A stretch of DNA of 64,000 nucleotides from a virus (taxonomy: Duplodnaviria > Caudoviricetes): the IMG/VR virus record IMGVR_UViG_2690315872_000001, positions 1 to 64,000 of that record; one strand, 5' to 3'. Each line of letters begins with the position of its first letter. Within the stretch, counting starts at the first letter, position 1. The notes under the pieces are model-generated. The model was not told the origin of the DNA, searched no databases, and saw only the letters and a list, made by a program, of their open reading frames with translations. Shown here piece by piece: positions 9,520-17,897 of the stretch. The position numbers were made by a program, and so were the translations under genes.

Positions 9520-9625
9520 GAGACGGTGAACGAACTGGCAGAGTTGGCTGTGAGAGGACCTGATCAGTCCTGCAATCTCATCGCTTGCCCGCAAGGGCGT
9601 GCGGGTTCGAGTCCCGCCCGTCTCA
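9520..9625 (+). ncRNA. tRNA-like RNA: class II (Leu-like) body with an over-long anticodon arm
   Basis: Acceptor GAGACGG/CCGTCTC plus A. D arm AAC-GAACTGGCAGA-GTT. Variable arm TGCCC-GCAA-GGGCG. T arm GCGGG-TTCGAGT-CCCGC. Anticodon arm about 38 nt. No encoded CCA. Confidence 0.75.
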
Positions 9626-9686
9626 CCCGAGACTCCTGCCACGCGCAGGCAGTCGATCCGGGCACGGCCCCCACCGTGCCCAGCCT

Positions 9687-9763
9687 GTCTCTCTAGCCCA
9701 ACCGGCAGAGGCAGCCGCCTCAAACGCGGCCCAGTGTGGGTTCGACCCCCACGAGAGACACCA
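9687..9763 (+). tRNA. tRNA-Leu(CAA) with a short variable loop
   Basis: GTCTCTC/GAGAGAC acceptor, GCCGC-CTCAAAC-GCGGC anticodon arm, GTGGG-TTCGACC-CCCAC T arm, A-CCA end. 77 nt. Confidence 0.9.
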
Positions 9764-9855
9764 GACGCCGTACACTGACAGCACCGGTACAGGGGCGCAG
9801 CGGTGCCGCAAACACCCGCGACCATGCCGCGACCACACATCCGGCATCCCCCAGC

Positions 9856-9880
9856 GCCCCCGCCATAGCGCGGGGGTTTC
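9856..9880 (+). terminator. Intrinsic terminator after the tRNA locus
   Basis: GCCCCCGC-CATAGC-GCGGGGGT followed by TT. Confidence 0.55.
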
Positions 9881-9902
9881 ACATTCCACGCCGTCCCAGA
9901 CG

Positions 9903-9979
9903 CGATATCGGAATCCCGATATCGGTCCGATATGGGAATCCCCATATCGCCAGCACGTCCCTGGGAATTCCCATGGACC
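9903..9979. promoter_or_regulatory. Palindrome cluster upstream of terS (late regulator site or cos/pac candidate)
   Basis: CGATATCGG-AATC-CCGATATCG, CGATATGGG-AATC-CCCATATCG, then CACGTCCCTGGGAATTCCCATGGACC, which recurs at 14732. Confidence 0.6.
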
Positions 9980-9995
9980 CCCCAGCAAACCCACC

Positions 9996-10013
9996 CGCAC
10001 TGACGTCAGTGCG
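9996..10013. repeat. 18-bp palindrome copy 4, intergenic before terS
   Basis: Perfect CGCACTGACGTCAGTGCG. Confidence 0.9.
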
Positions 10014-10045
10014 CCCCCACCACATCACCCCAGGAGGTGACCCGC

Positions 10046-11008
10046 GTGCCCACACCCAAAAAACCCAAGGCCAAAGCCCGGGCCGCCAAGGCCCCCACCA
10101 CACCAGAACCGCAGAAGCCGGGCACAGCCCAGCCCGCACCCAAGACCCCCAAGACCCGCACCGCCGAGTACCTCGCCAAGACCCGCAGCAAGCCGCAGGT
10201 CACGAACGGCGGGAACCCCTTGCAGAATGCTCAGGTGCAGGAACCCCTTGCAGAATCTGGGGAGCGGCAGCGGAAGCCGAGGGAGCCGGAGCGGATCTGT
10301 GGGGCGGAGGGGAAGCGGGGTGCTGGGCCGTGCCGTCATCCGGCGGGCTTCCGGACGGATCACAAGGGTTCGGGGCGGTGTTACCTGCATGGTGGGTTGA
10401 CGCCGGCGCCGACGGGGCGGTACTCGTCGGTTGAGCGGCCGCGCGTGCGGGAGTTGCTGGAGCGGTTCGAGTCTGATCCGGATCCGTTGAACCTGCTGGC
10501 TGAGGTGCAGCTGTTGCGGGCGCTGCTGCTGGACTTCATCAACCGGTTCGATGAGCAGGACCGCATGTTGACCCGCTGGAACATGAGCTTCGAGAAGTCG
10601 TTTCAGTCGGACTGGGCGGATTGGTGGCGCACGATGCGTGCGGACGCCCTGGAGCGCGAGGATGACCTGAGTGCGGAGTTGGTGGAGCGCATGCCGGATC
10701 CGATGAATTACCTGCCGAGTAAGCCGCTGCGCATGGCGGACATCACGGATGTGTCGCGCCTGATCAAGGAAGTCGGGGCGATGGTGGACCGGATCCGGAA
10801 GGGTCAGCAGGAGAGCACGTTCAGCATGGACGTCATCAATCGCCTGTGGGTGTTGATGGGTGGTCACGTGACGGACGCAGCGATGGAGGTGATTGAGAAC
10901 GATGACATTCGGAGCGCTCTCCTCACCGCCGTGGAAAGCCGGTGGGGAACGATCAGCCTCGCAGAACTCGCCAGCCGCCGCGCTGAGGCAGGCGCGGAAG
11001 CAGGCTGA
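10046..11008 (+). CDS. terS: Terminase small subunit (HGGxSTG-like Cys/His motif)
   Basis: CGAEGKRGAGPC...GRCYLHGG. Directly upstream of terL. AGGAGG RBS 8 nt before GTG 10046. Confidence 0.7.
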   Translation: MPTPKKPKAKARAAKAPTTPEPQKPGTAQPAPKTPKTRTAEYLAKTRSKPQVTNGGNPLQNAQVQEPLAESGERQRKPREPERICGAEGKRGAGPCRHPAGFRTDHKGSGRCYLHGGLTPAPTGRYSSVERPRVRELLERFESDPDPLNLLAEVQLLRALLLDFINRFDEQDRMLTRWNMSFEKSFQSDWADWWRTMRADALEREDDLSAELVERMPDPMNYLPSKPLRMADITDVSRLIKEVGAMVDRIRKGQQESTFSMDVINRLWVLMGGHVTDAAMEVIENDDIRSALLTAVESRWGTISLAELASRRAEAGAEAG

Positions 11009-12656
11009 GCGGTTCACGCAGTACCAGACGAACCCCCTGGGGTACCTGCAGGACATCCTGAACATTCACCCGTGGAAGGGCCGGAACGGGAAGCGCGGGC
11101 AGTACGAGCTGGTCCAGGACATCGGTGAGAGTGTGCGCCGCCAGCTGGAAGGGGACGAGTATGCCCCGAAGATCTTCCGGGTGGACAGCGCGCACGGCGT
11201 CGGGAAGACGTACATCGGCGCGGGTCTCGTGAACTGGTTCTTCGATGCGTTCACGCCGGGCATCACGATCACCACGGCGCCCACGAAGGACCAAGTGGAA
11301 CTGCTGCTCTGGAAGGACATCAAGAGCCAGCGCAAAGGCCGCGGCCTGCCGGGGCGCGTCCTGCCGGAAACGCCCCGCATGGTGAAGGCCGAGAATCACT
11401 GGGCGATCGGCCGCACGACCAGCGACGCGGGCGGTCAGGGTACGGCGCGCGCGCAGGGGCAACACGCGAAATTCATGTTCTTCGTGGTGGACGAAGCGGA
11501 AGGCGTTCCGGCGTACCAGTTCGACGCGATCAACGCCATGATGACCGGCGGCGTCGTGATGATCTGGCTGCTGATCGCCAACCCGCAGACCCGCACGAGC
11601 GCGTTCCACAAGCTCGGGAAGCAACCGGGCGTGCAGAACTACCAGTTCAGCCTGCTGGACTTCCCGAACGTCGTCGAGGGCGTGGATGTCGTGCCGGGCG
11701 GCACGAGCCGCGCGTGGTTGAACAAGATGGTCGCCAAGCACTGCGATCCGGTACTCGCGCACGACCCGGACCGCCTGACGTTCCAATTGGACTGGGACGT
11801 GCTGGTGGAAGGAGAGGACACGGTCTTCCCGGCCGGGATGATCTTCGCGCCGAACGCGGAGTTTCAGTTCCGTGCGCTGGGCGTCCCACCTGCCGCGAAC
11901 GCCGGGGACGCCATGATCAGCACGGCCCGGTTCGAGCAGGCCGTCGCGCGAGTGCCGGATCCGGAAGCGGACCGGCACATGGCGCAGATTGGCGTGGACG
12001 CCGCGCGGTTCGGGTCGGACGCCGGGAACGTCTGGCTGTACCACGGGCGGGTGCTGACGCGCGAAGCGGAACTGCGGCAGGTGGACGACTTCATGTACGC
12101 CGCCGAGATGAAACGCGCCGCGTTGAAAGCCATCCGCGCCGGTGCGAAGACCGTCAGTTTCCGTGTGGACGGCACTGGCGGGTACGGCGGCGGGAAGATC
12201 GACATTGCCAAGGCGGACGCGGAACTTCACGAGGCCGCGCAGGCCGCCGGGTGCACCCTCGTCTTCCACGAGGTGCAGTTCAATCACGTCCCGCACGACC
12301 CTGAACGGTACTACGACCGCGCGACGGAACTGTACGGCACCAGCAACGACCAGCTGCTCGTCGCCAGTATCCCCAACCCGCCCGAGCACCTGCAGGCTGA
12401 CCTGACCGAGCGCCGCACGCGGTTCATGGCGAAGAACGCCGGTGAGCACCGCCGCATCGTCCGGAAACTTGAAAGCAAGGACGATTTCAAGGCCCGCGTC
12501 CGGCCCGCCCGCAGCCCCGACGACGGGGACGGCGCGGCCCTCAGCCTCGCGGACGAAGTGATCTTCACGCCGCCCCCGCAGGACACCCCGCAGGTCACGC
12601 TCAGCGACCTGAGTAACATCCGCAACGCCTTCAACCGCCGCCTGAAAGGAAGGTGA
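10893..12656 (+). CDS. terL: Terminase large subunit
   Basis: Walker A SAHGVGKT, Walker B VVDEAEG, IANP coupling motif, nuclease GVDAARFGSD and SPDDGD. Exact start uncertain. Confidence 0.93.
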   Translation: MRTMTFGALSSPPWKAGGERSASQNSPAAALRQARKQAERFTQYQTNPLGYLQDILNIHPWKGRNGKRGQYELVQDIGESVRRQLEGDEYAPKIFRVDSAHGVGKTYIGAGLVNWFFDAFTPGITITTAPTKDQVELLLWKDIKSQRKGRGLPGRVLPETPRMVKAENHWAIGRTTSDAGGQGTARAQGQHAKFMFFVVDEAEGVPAYQFDAINAMMTGGVVMIWLLIANPQTRTSAFHKLGKQPGVQNYQFSLLDFPNVVEGVDVVPGGTSRAWLNKMVAKHCDPVLAHDPDRLTFQLDWDVLVEGEDTVFPAGMIFAPNAEFQFRALGVPPAANAGDAMISTARFEQAVARVPDPEADRHMAQIGVDAARFGSDAGNVWLYHGRVLTREAELRQVDDFMYAAEMKRAALKAIRAGAKTVSFRVDGTGGYGGGKIDIAKADAELHEAAQAAGCTLVFHEVQFNHVPHDPERYYDRATELYGTSNDQLLVASIPNPPEHLQADLTERRTRFMAKNAGEHRRIVRKLESKDDFKARVRPARSPDDGDGAALSLADEVIFTPPPQDTPQVTLSDLSNIRNAFNRRLKGR

Positions 12657-12662
12657 TGACCT

Positions 12663-14195
12663 ATCGGACTTCTCGATTCCGCCCGCCGCGCGTGGCAGTT
12701 CCTGAACACTCCCGTTCAGCACCTCCTGCCGCGCCGGTCTCGCGCCAGTCCCGTCCACCCGGCGGCCCGCGCGGCCGTCACGCCCAGCTGGGGCATGGGC
12801 ACCCTCACGGCCGGACTGCGCGCCACGCGCCGCCTCGGCACGCAGCAGTCCGCGGAGAGTGCCGACACCCTCGACCGGCTCGCCACGACGTACCTCGGGT
12901 ACCCGAGCGACACCCGCGCCCGCATCAGCGGCGTGCTCCGCATGCTGCTGCAGAGCGACGAGGACGTCAGCGGCACCGCTAGTGACTACCTCGCGATCGT
13001 CAACCCCGGCCACACCATCGAGTTCACCGGCACGAAAGGCGCCGTCAAGGCCGCCCGGGCTGAACTGGACACCTGGGCCGCGACGATCTTCCCGGAAGGT
13101 GGCGGGCTCGACGGGCTGATCAACAACCAGATCCTCGAACTGCTCGCCAGTCCGGCCAGCAGCGTCGAGTGGCCCACCGATGAGCGCCGAAGTGGCGTGA
13201 TCGGCGCGGTGATCGTCCCCGCCGAGCGCGTCCGCGTGGGCTTCAGCCCGGACGGGCAGCGGACGTTCACGCAGGTGGGCGTCGGACCCAAACCCATCCC
13301 GCTCGACCCGGCCACGTACCTGTACGCGCCACTGATCACCATGGGCGGCGACCCGCACGGCGTGCCGATGTTCCTCGCGAGCCTCAAGGCCCTCGACCGG
13401 AAGAACCGCCTCACGGAGAACGTCGACCGCGTCATCGACCTCATGCGGCAGATCGCGCTCGTCGGCGTGGAACTCCCCATTCCCAGCCCGCAGGACCTGG
13501 GCCTCGACGACGCGAAAGACCCCCGGTACCAGGACCTGAAAGCCGAGTACGCCGAGCAGGCGGCCGACATGATCCTCGGCCTGGCCGACAAGGGCCTGTT
13601 CGTCGGGCCTGAAGGCACGAAGTTCACGATCAACAACATCAGCCACAGCCTGGCCGGGCTGCAGGACATCGTGGGCGAGAACAACCGCCGGGTGTGGAGC
13701 GGGCTGAGCACCCTGGGGTTCCTGCGGGGGCACATGGACAGCACCACCGAGGCGCTGGCGAAGGTCGTGTACCCGATGATCGAGGCGCGCGCTACGAACA
13801 TCCAGGCCGTCCTGGCCCGTCAGCTGGAGTTCGGCCTGAACCTCCACCTGCGCCTGCGCGGCATTCGCGCCGTGGCGTACGTGAAGTTCGCCCAGGCCGA
13901 CAGCGCCTTCGCGCAGGCCGAAGCGGAAAGCTACAAGACCCGGATGGAAGCCCACCAGATCGGTAAGAGCATTGCCGGGAAAGCGTACGCGCGCCGCTTC
14001 GCGGACGAACTCGACCTCGCCGACGACGAGGACGAGCACGCCCCCGCCTGGGCAGAGGGCTGGACCGGGGGAGGGGAGACCCCCACCGCCCCGCCAGCCC
14101 CACCGCCCACCGCCGCGCAGGTCACCGCGCGGTCCGCCTACGACCCCCGCGCCCGGCGGTACGTGCACGCCCCCACAGGAGACCCGCATGCCTGA
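12663..14195 (+). CDS. Portal protein (probable ATC start at 12663; first ATG at 12795)
   Basis: Follows terL, about 510 aa. GGAAGGTGA SD before in-frame ATC-GGA-CTT-CTC-GAT (xGLLD). Confidence 0.8.
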   Translation: MGLLDSARRAWQFLNTPVQHLLPRRSRASPVHPAARAAVTPSWGMGTLTAGLRATRRLGTQQSAESADTLDRLATTYLGYPSDTRARISGVLRMLLQSDEDVSGTASDYLAIVNPGHTIEFTGTKGAVKAARAELDTWAATIFPEGGGLDGLINNQILELLASPASSVEWPTDERRSGVIGAVIVPAERVRVGFSPDGQRTFTQVGVGPKPIPLDPATYLYAPLITMGGDPHGVPMFLASLKALDRKNRLTENVDRVIDLMRQIALVGVELPIPSPQDLGLDDAKDPRYQDLKAEYAEQAADMILGLADKGLFVGPEGTKFTINNISHSLAGLQDIVGENNRRVWSGLSTLGFLRGHMDSTTEALAKVVYPMIEARATNIQAVLARQLEFGLNLHLRLRGIRAVAYVKFAQADSAFAQAEAESYKTRMEAHQIGKSIAGKAYARRFADELDLADDEDEHAPAWAEGWTGGGETPTAPPAPPPTAAQVTARSAYDPRARRYVHAPTGDPHA

Positions 14196-14499
14196 ACCCA
14201 CCGCACCCCAGCACACCCCGTACACCGGGCCGCTCCCCATCAGCATCGAGGACTACCTGGACGGCGACCACCGCCGCCACCTGAAAGTGCGCCGCGCCAC
14301 CCCGGACACAGACGAGCAGTCCCCGGTGGTCGCCAGCCACACGTACTACGCGTTCCTCATCAGCGAGGAAGGGTGGGCGCTCGCCACGCACCGCACCGGC
14401 GGCACCAGCGCGGCCGGCGCCATCCGCGCCATGCAGAAGCGCGGCCCCATCAAGCACGTGCAGCCGCGCCTGAACGCCGACGGCACCGCGTTCGTCTGA
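14188..14499 (+). CDS. Hypothetical protein
   Basis: CAGGAG RBS, overlaps the portal stop. Confidence 0.6.
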   Translation: MPEPTAPQHTPYTGPLPISIEDYLDGDHRRHLKVRRATPDTDEQSPVVASHTYYAFLISEEGWALATHRTGGTSAAGAIRAMQKRGPIKHVQPRLNADGTAFV

Positions 14500-14640
14500 C
14501 ATGCGCTTCGCCCTCGACCGGCTGCTGCCCGTGACCGGCACCCAGCCCTACGAGCGGAAAGCCCCGCGCGGTCAGGACCCACACGTCCAGCGCGTCGGGC
14601 CCGCCCTCACCGAACCCCGGTTCAGTACGGGCTTCGCGTT

Positions 14641-14757
14641 CATCCCCACCATCGACATCCCCACCATCGACATGCCCGGCGAGGCGAGCGGGCAGCGCGA
14701 GCTGCCCGCTTCCACTCCCCCCTGATCCGCTCACGTCCCTGGGAATTCCCATGGACC
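14641..14757. promoter_or_regulatory. Tandem 15-bp repeat and 26-bp motif upstream of the head protease gene
   Basis: CATCCCCACCATCGA twice (14641-14670). CACGTCCCTGGGAATTCCCATGGACC (14732-14757) is identical to 9954-9979. Confidence 0.65.
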
Positions 14758-14796
14758 TGCTGCCGCACCCCGCCCCGCACGCCCACTGGAGGCCTC

Positions 14797-16251
14797 ATGA
14801 CCGAGAAATCCCGCAGTCCCACCCGCCTCTCCGGCGTCACCGCCCTGATCGCCAACGGCATCTGGGCCATCAAGGGTGACCAGCTCCGCGACATCGTCCG
14901 CGGCTTCAGCGCGTACCTGCAGGGCCGCATCGCGGACGCCGACGCCCTCCGCGAGATCCGGGACGCCCGCGACACCCGCGCTGCCGTGACGCAGGACGCT
15001 CAGGACCAGGCGCCCAGCGTCGCCCTGATCAGCCTCTACGGCACGATCTTCCCGCGCGGCAGCCTCATGGTCGACTACTGCGGCGCCGTGGACGCCCACA
15101 CCTTCGCTGCGCGGGTGAACGCCGCCGCCGCTGACCCCAGCGTGCGCAGCATCATCCTCGACATCGACAGTGGGGGCGGCGCCGTCTCCGGAACGGACGT
15201 CGCTGCCCAGGCGGTCGCGAACGCCGCGAAGGTCAAGACGGTCACGGCCGTGGCGAACACCATGGCGTGCAGCGCCGCGTACTGGATCGCCAGTCAGGCC
15301 ACCGAAGTGATCGTCACGCCCGCCGGTGAAGTGGGCAGCATCGGCGTGATCGGCACGCACACCGACCAGACGGCCGCCCTGGAAGGGGAAGGCCTGAAGG
15401 TCACGTACGTCCGCAGCACCGACCGCAAGGCCCTCGGGCAGCCTGCCGAGGCGATGGACGGGCCGGTGCTCGAACAGTGGCAGAAGGAAATGGCCGCCAT
15501 CCACGACCTGTTCGTGCAGGCCATCGCCACCGGACGCGGCGTCACCCTCGCCAAGGCCAGCAGCTGGGCCACCGGCGACGTGTGGTTCGGTGACGCGGCC
15601 GTCACCGCCGGACTCGCCGACCGCGTCGCCCTGCTGACCGACATCGTGGCTGAACACCAGCAGGCCGCTACGCCACCCCCCGCCGCCCCCGCACTCCGCC
15701 AGGGCCGCAGTGCCAGCGCGGACGACCAGCCCCACCAGGAGGCCCCCGTGAAACTCACCATCAAAGACCGCACCGGCCAGACCCACACCCTCGACACCAG
15801 CACCGACGCCGCCCCCACCGACGCCCAGACGCTCGCCAGCACCCTCGAAAGCGGCGCGTACGAAGCGGGCGTCCAGGCCCAGCGGGAACTCGTCGCCGCG
15901 GCCCTCGGCGTGAACGTCAACGACCTCACCGCCGACCGCCTCACGCAGATCCGCGCGCAGGCCAGCGACGGCACCCAGTACCGCGACGCGCTTCTCGGCC
16001 AGGTCGAACGCCTCGCCACCACCGTCTACGGCGCCGAGAACGCCACCGCCATCGACCGCGCCAAGCGCCTCGCCAGCAAAGCCGACACGGCCGACCTGCC
16101 CGGCCTGATCGACGACCTCACGGCCCAGCGGGACGCGAAGTTCCCCGCCGGACGCCAGAGCGCCCCCGACGCCGGTGCAGGCGCCCAGGCGGACACCACC
16201 CCCACCGAACCCACCGTGACCGCCCTCCCCACCACCGCGTTCGACTTCTGA
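14797..16251 (+). CDS. S49 (SppA/lambda gpC-like) prohead protease fused to a scaffold region
   Basis: LDIDSGGG, ACSAAYWIASQA, VGSIGV, GLADRV. In-frame GTG at 15748 with CAGGAGG RBS. Confidence 0.93.
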   Translation: MTEKSRSPTRLSGVTALIANGIWAIKGDQLRDIVRGFSAYLQGRIADADALREIRDARDTRAAVTQDAQDQAPSVALISLYGTIFPRGSLMVDYCGAVDAHTFAARVNAAAADPSVRSIILDIDSGGGAVSGTDVAAQAVANAAKVKTVTAVANTMACSAAYWIASQATEVIVTPAGEVGSIGVIGTHTDQTAALEGEGLKVTYVRSTDRKALGQPAEAMDGPVLEQWQKEMAAIHDLFVQAIATGRGVTLAKASSWATGDVWFGDAAVTAGLADRVALLTDIVAEHQQAATPPPAAPALRQGRSASADDQPHQEAPVKLTIKDRTGQTHTLDTSTDAAPTDAQTLASTLESGAYEAGVQAQRELVAAALGVNVNDLTADRLTQIRAQASDGTQYRDALLGQVERLATTVYGAENATAIDRAKRLASKADTADLPGLIDDLTAQRDAKFPAGRQSAPDAGAGAQADTTPTEPTVTALPTTAFDF

Positions 16252-16297
16252 ACGCCCCCACCCCCCGCCCCCACTCACCACGCACCAGGAGCACACC

Positions 16298-16645
16298 ATG
16301 AAACACGGCAACCTCGTCTTCCAGGGTCAGAACGCCTTCCCCACCATGCACGTCGAAGCGGCCGCCATCATCGGCGACTGCGTCACCCACACCGCCGCCG
16401 CCACCGCCGGACGCGGCGCGGACGGCAACCCCTTCCTCGGCAAGGTCCTCACCAAGGAAGCCGATGGTGAAGGCACCGTCGCCACCGAAGGCGCGGGCTT
16501 CATCGACATCCCCACCGTCGGCACCCTTGCCACCGGCTACCAGCTGCTCGTCGTGGACGGCGCCGGGAAAGCCAAGGTCGGCGCGAACGGCACCCGCGTC
16601 CTCGTGAACATCGCCCAGAACGGCATCGCCAACATCAAGTTCTGA
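16298..16645 (+). CDS. Head decoration/cement protein
   Basis: 115-aa Gly/Ala beta-rich protein between protease and capsid. Confidence 0.7.
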   Translation: MKHGNLVFQGQNAFPTMHVEAAAIIGDCVTHTAAATAGRGADGNPFLGKVLTKEADGEGTVATEGAGFIDIPTVGTLATGYQLLVVDGAGKAKVGANGTRVLVNIAQNGIANIKF

Positions 16646-16737
16646 CCCCGGGCCAGAACACCCCGCCCGCACCCCAGCGCCGCCCCGAGCCACCCGGCCG
16701 GAGCGGCGCGCCTCACGCCGCCCAGGAGGGCCCACCC

Positions 16738-17841
16738 ATGACCACCCCCAAGATCCGCAAGATCACCGACCTGACCCTCAACCTCAAGCAGGAAGCCGCC
16801 AACGAGCAGCGCACGTTCGCGCAGCACCTGCAGCACCTCGCCGACCACGGGCAGATCAGCAGCGACCTGTACGACCCCAAGCAGCGCAACAGCGCCGGCG
16901 CCAGCGTCCCCGCCTGGAAGCAGGTCCTCGTGCGCGGCGCGGGCCTCGAAGCGCAGGGCCGCCACGCCGCCGTGACCGTCACCGACGCGTTCTTCCGCCA
17001 GGACGACAACCGCATCCTGTTCCCCCTGTACATCGAGGAACGCTACCGCGAACTGGGCCGCGAGGGCCGCAACAGCCTCACCCTCAGCGACGTCGTCGCC
17101 GACACCAGCCCCATCAACGCGAACGTCGTCGCCACGCAGGTCCTGGACTTCAAGGACGACGAGAGCGCCGACCTGTCCCGCATCGCCGAAGGCGCCCAGT
17201 ACCCCGTGCTGACCATCACGCAGGGTGACGCCGTCGTCCGCCTCTACAAGTACGGCGGTCGCCTCGAAGCGAGCCTGGAAGCCATCCTCGGCAGCAGCCT
17301 GAGCACCCTGGACCGCTGGCTCCTGAAGATCCGCCGTCAGGCCGACCGGAACAAGATCCGCCAGGCGCTCGCCGTCCTGAAGAACGGCGACGGGAACAAC
17401 AACGCCGCGCCGAACATCAACGTCGGCGCGACCCTCGAAGTGGCCGACTTCGTCGCGCTGCTCATGAAAGCCGAGGAGTACGGCGCGGAACCGCTCGTCC
17501 TGACCGGCGCCGCCAGCCCCCTCGGGAAGGCCCTGAGCCTGGACATCGTGACCGGCACGAACAGCACCGCCGCGAGCGGCGACTTCCGCGACACCGGCAC
17601 CTTCCCGACCATCTTCGGCATGCGCCCCAAGCTGCCGCCCCAGCGCAGCGTCCTGGCGGGCGTCGAGCAGCTCATGGCCATCGACCCCAGCGCGGGCCTG
17701 ACCATGCACTACGACCCCCGCTTCGATCTCGTCCGGTACGAGGACATCATCCGCCGCGACATGCAGGCCGTGCAGATCACCGAGATGCTCGGCTTCAGCA
17801 AGCCCGACATGGGCGCCGGCATCACCATGACCCTGGCCTGA
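16738..17841 (+). CDS. Major capsid protein (HK97 fold)
   Basis: 367 aa. RIAEGAQYP...KYGGRLEASLEAI pattern and gene position. Confidence 0.88.
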   Translation: MTTPKIRKITDLTLNLKQEAANEQRTFAQHLQHLADHGQISSDLYDPKQRNSAGASVPAWKQVLVRGAGLEAQGRHAAVTVTDAFFRQDDNRILFPLYIEERYRELGREGRNSLTLSDVVADTSPINANVVATQVLDFKDDESADLSRIAEGAQYPVLTITQGDAVVRLYKYGGRLEASLEAILGSSLSTLDRWLLKIRRQADRNKIRQALAVLKNGDGNNNAAPNINVGATLEVADFVALLMKAEEYGAEPLVLTGAASPLGKALSLDIVTGTNSTAASGDFRDTGTFPTIFGMRPKLPPQRSVLAGVEQLMAIDPSAGLTMHYDPRFDLVRYEDIIRRDMQAVQITEMLGFSKPDMGAGITMTLA

Positions 17842-17859
17842 GCGCCACCCACCGGGCCC

Positions 17860-17877
17860 CGCACTGAGCTCAGTGCG
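17860..17877. repeat. 18-bp palindrome copy 5 (CGCACTGAGCTCAGTGCG), intergenic
   Basis: Central CG changed to GC, still a perfect palindrome. Confidence 0.88.
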
Positions 17878-17897
17878 GCCCGGACCAGGAGGGCCCC

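Noticed and set aside
9719-9725. Reading the tRNA loop CTCAAAC as a TCA (opal suppressor or Sec) anticodon
   Set aside because: With the 5-bp stem GCCGC/GCGGC, positions 34-36 are CAA. There are no tRNA-Sec features.
12653-12982. ORF MMTYRTSRF as a real gene after terL
   Set aside because: Arg/Pro-rich off-frame translation overlapping the portal. The portal frame explains the SD better, though this ATG could act as a competing start.
10953-14246. 1097-aa minus-strand ORF and other long antisense ORFs (e.g. 34604..36637, 14731..16311, 4598..6112)
   Set aside because: Shadow frames of high-GC genes. They lie opposite clearly identified phage genes and have no motifs.
14501-14725. 74-aa ORF before the protease gene
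   Set aside because: No SD, and it overlaps the tandem repeat region, so it is more likely regulatory DNA. It cannot be fully excluded.
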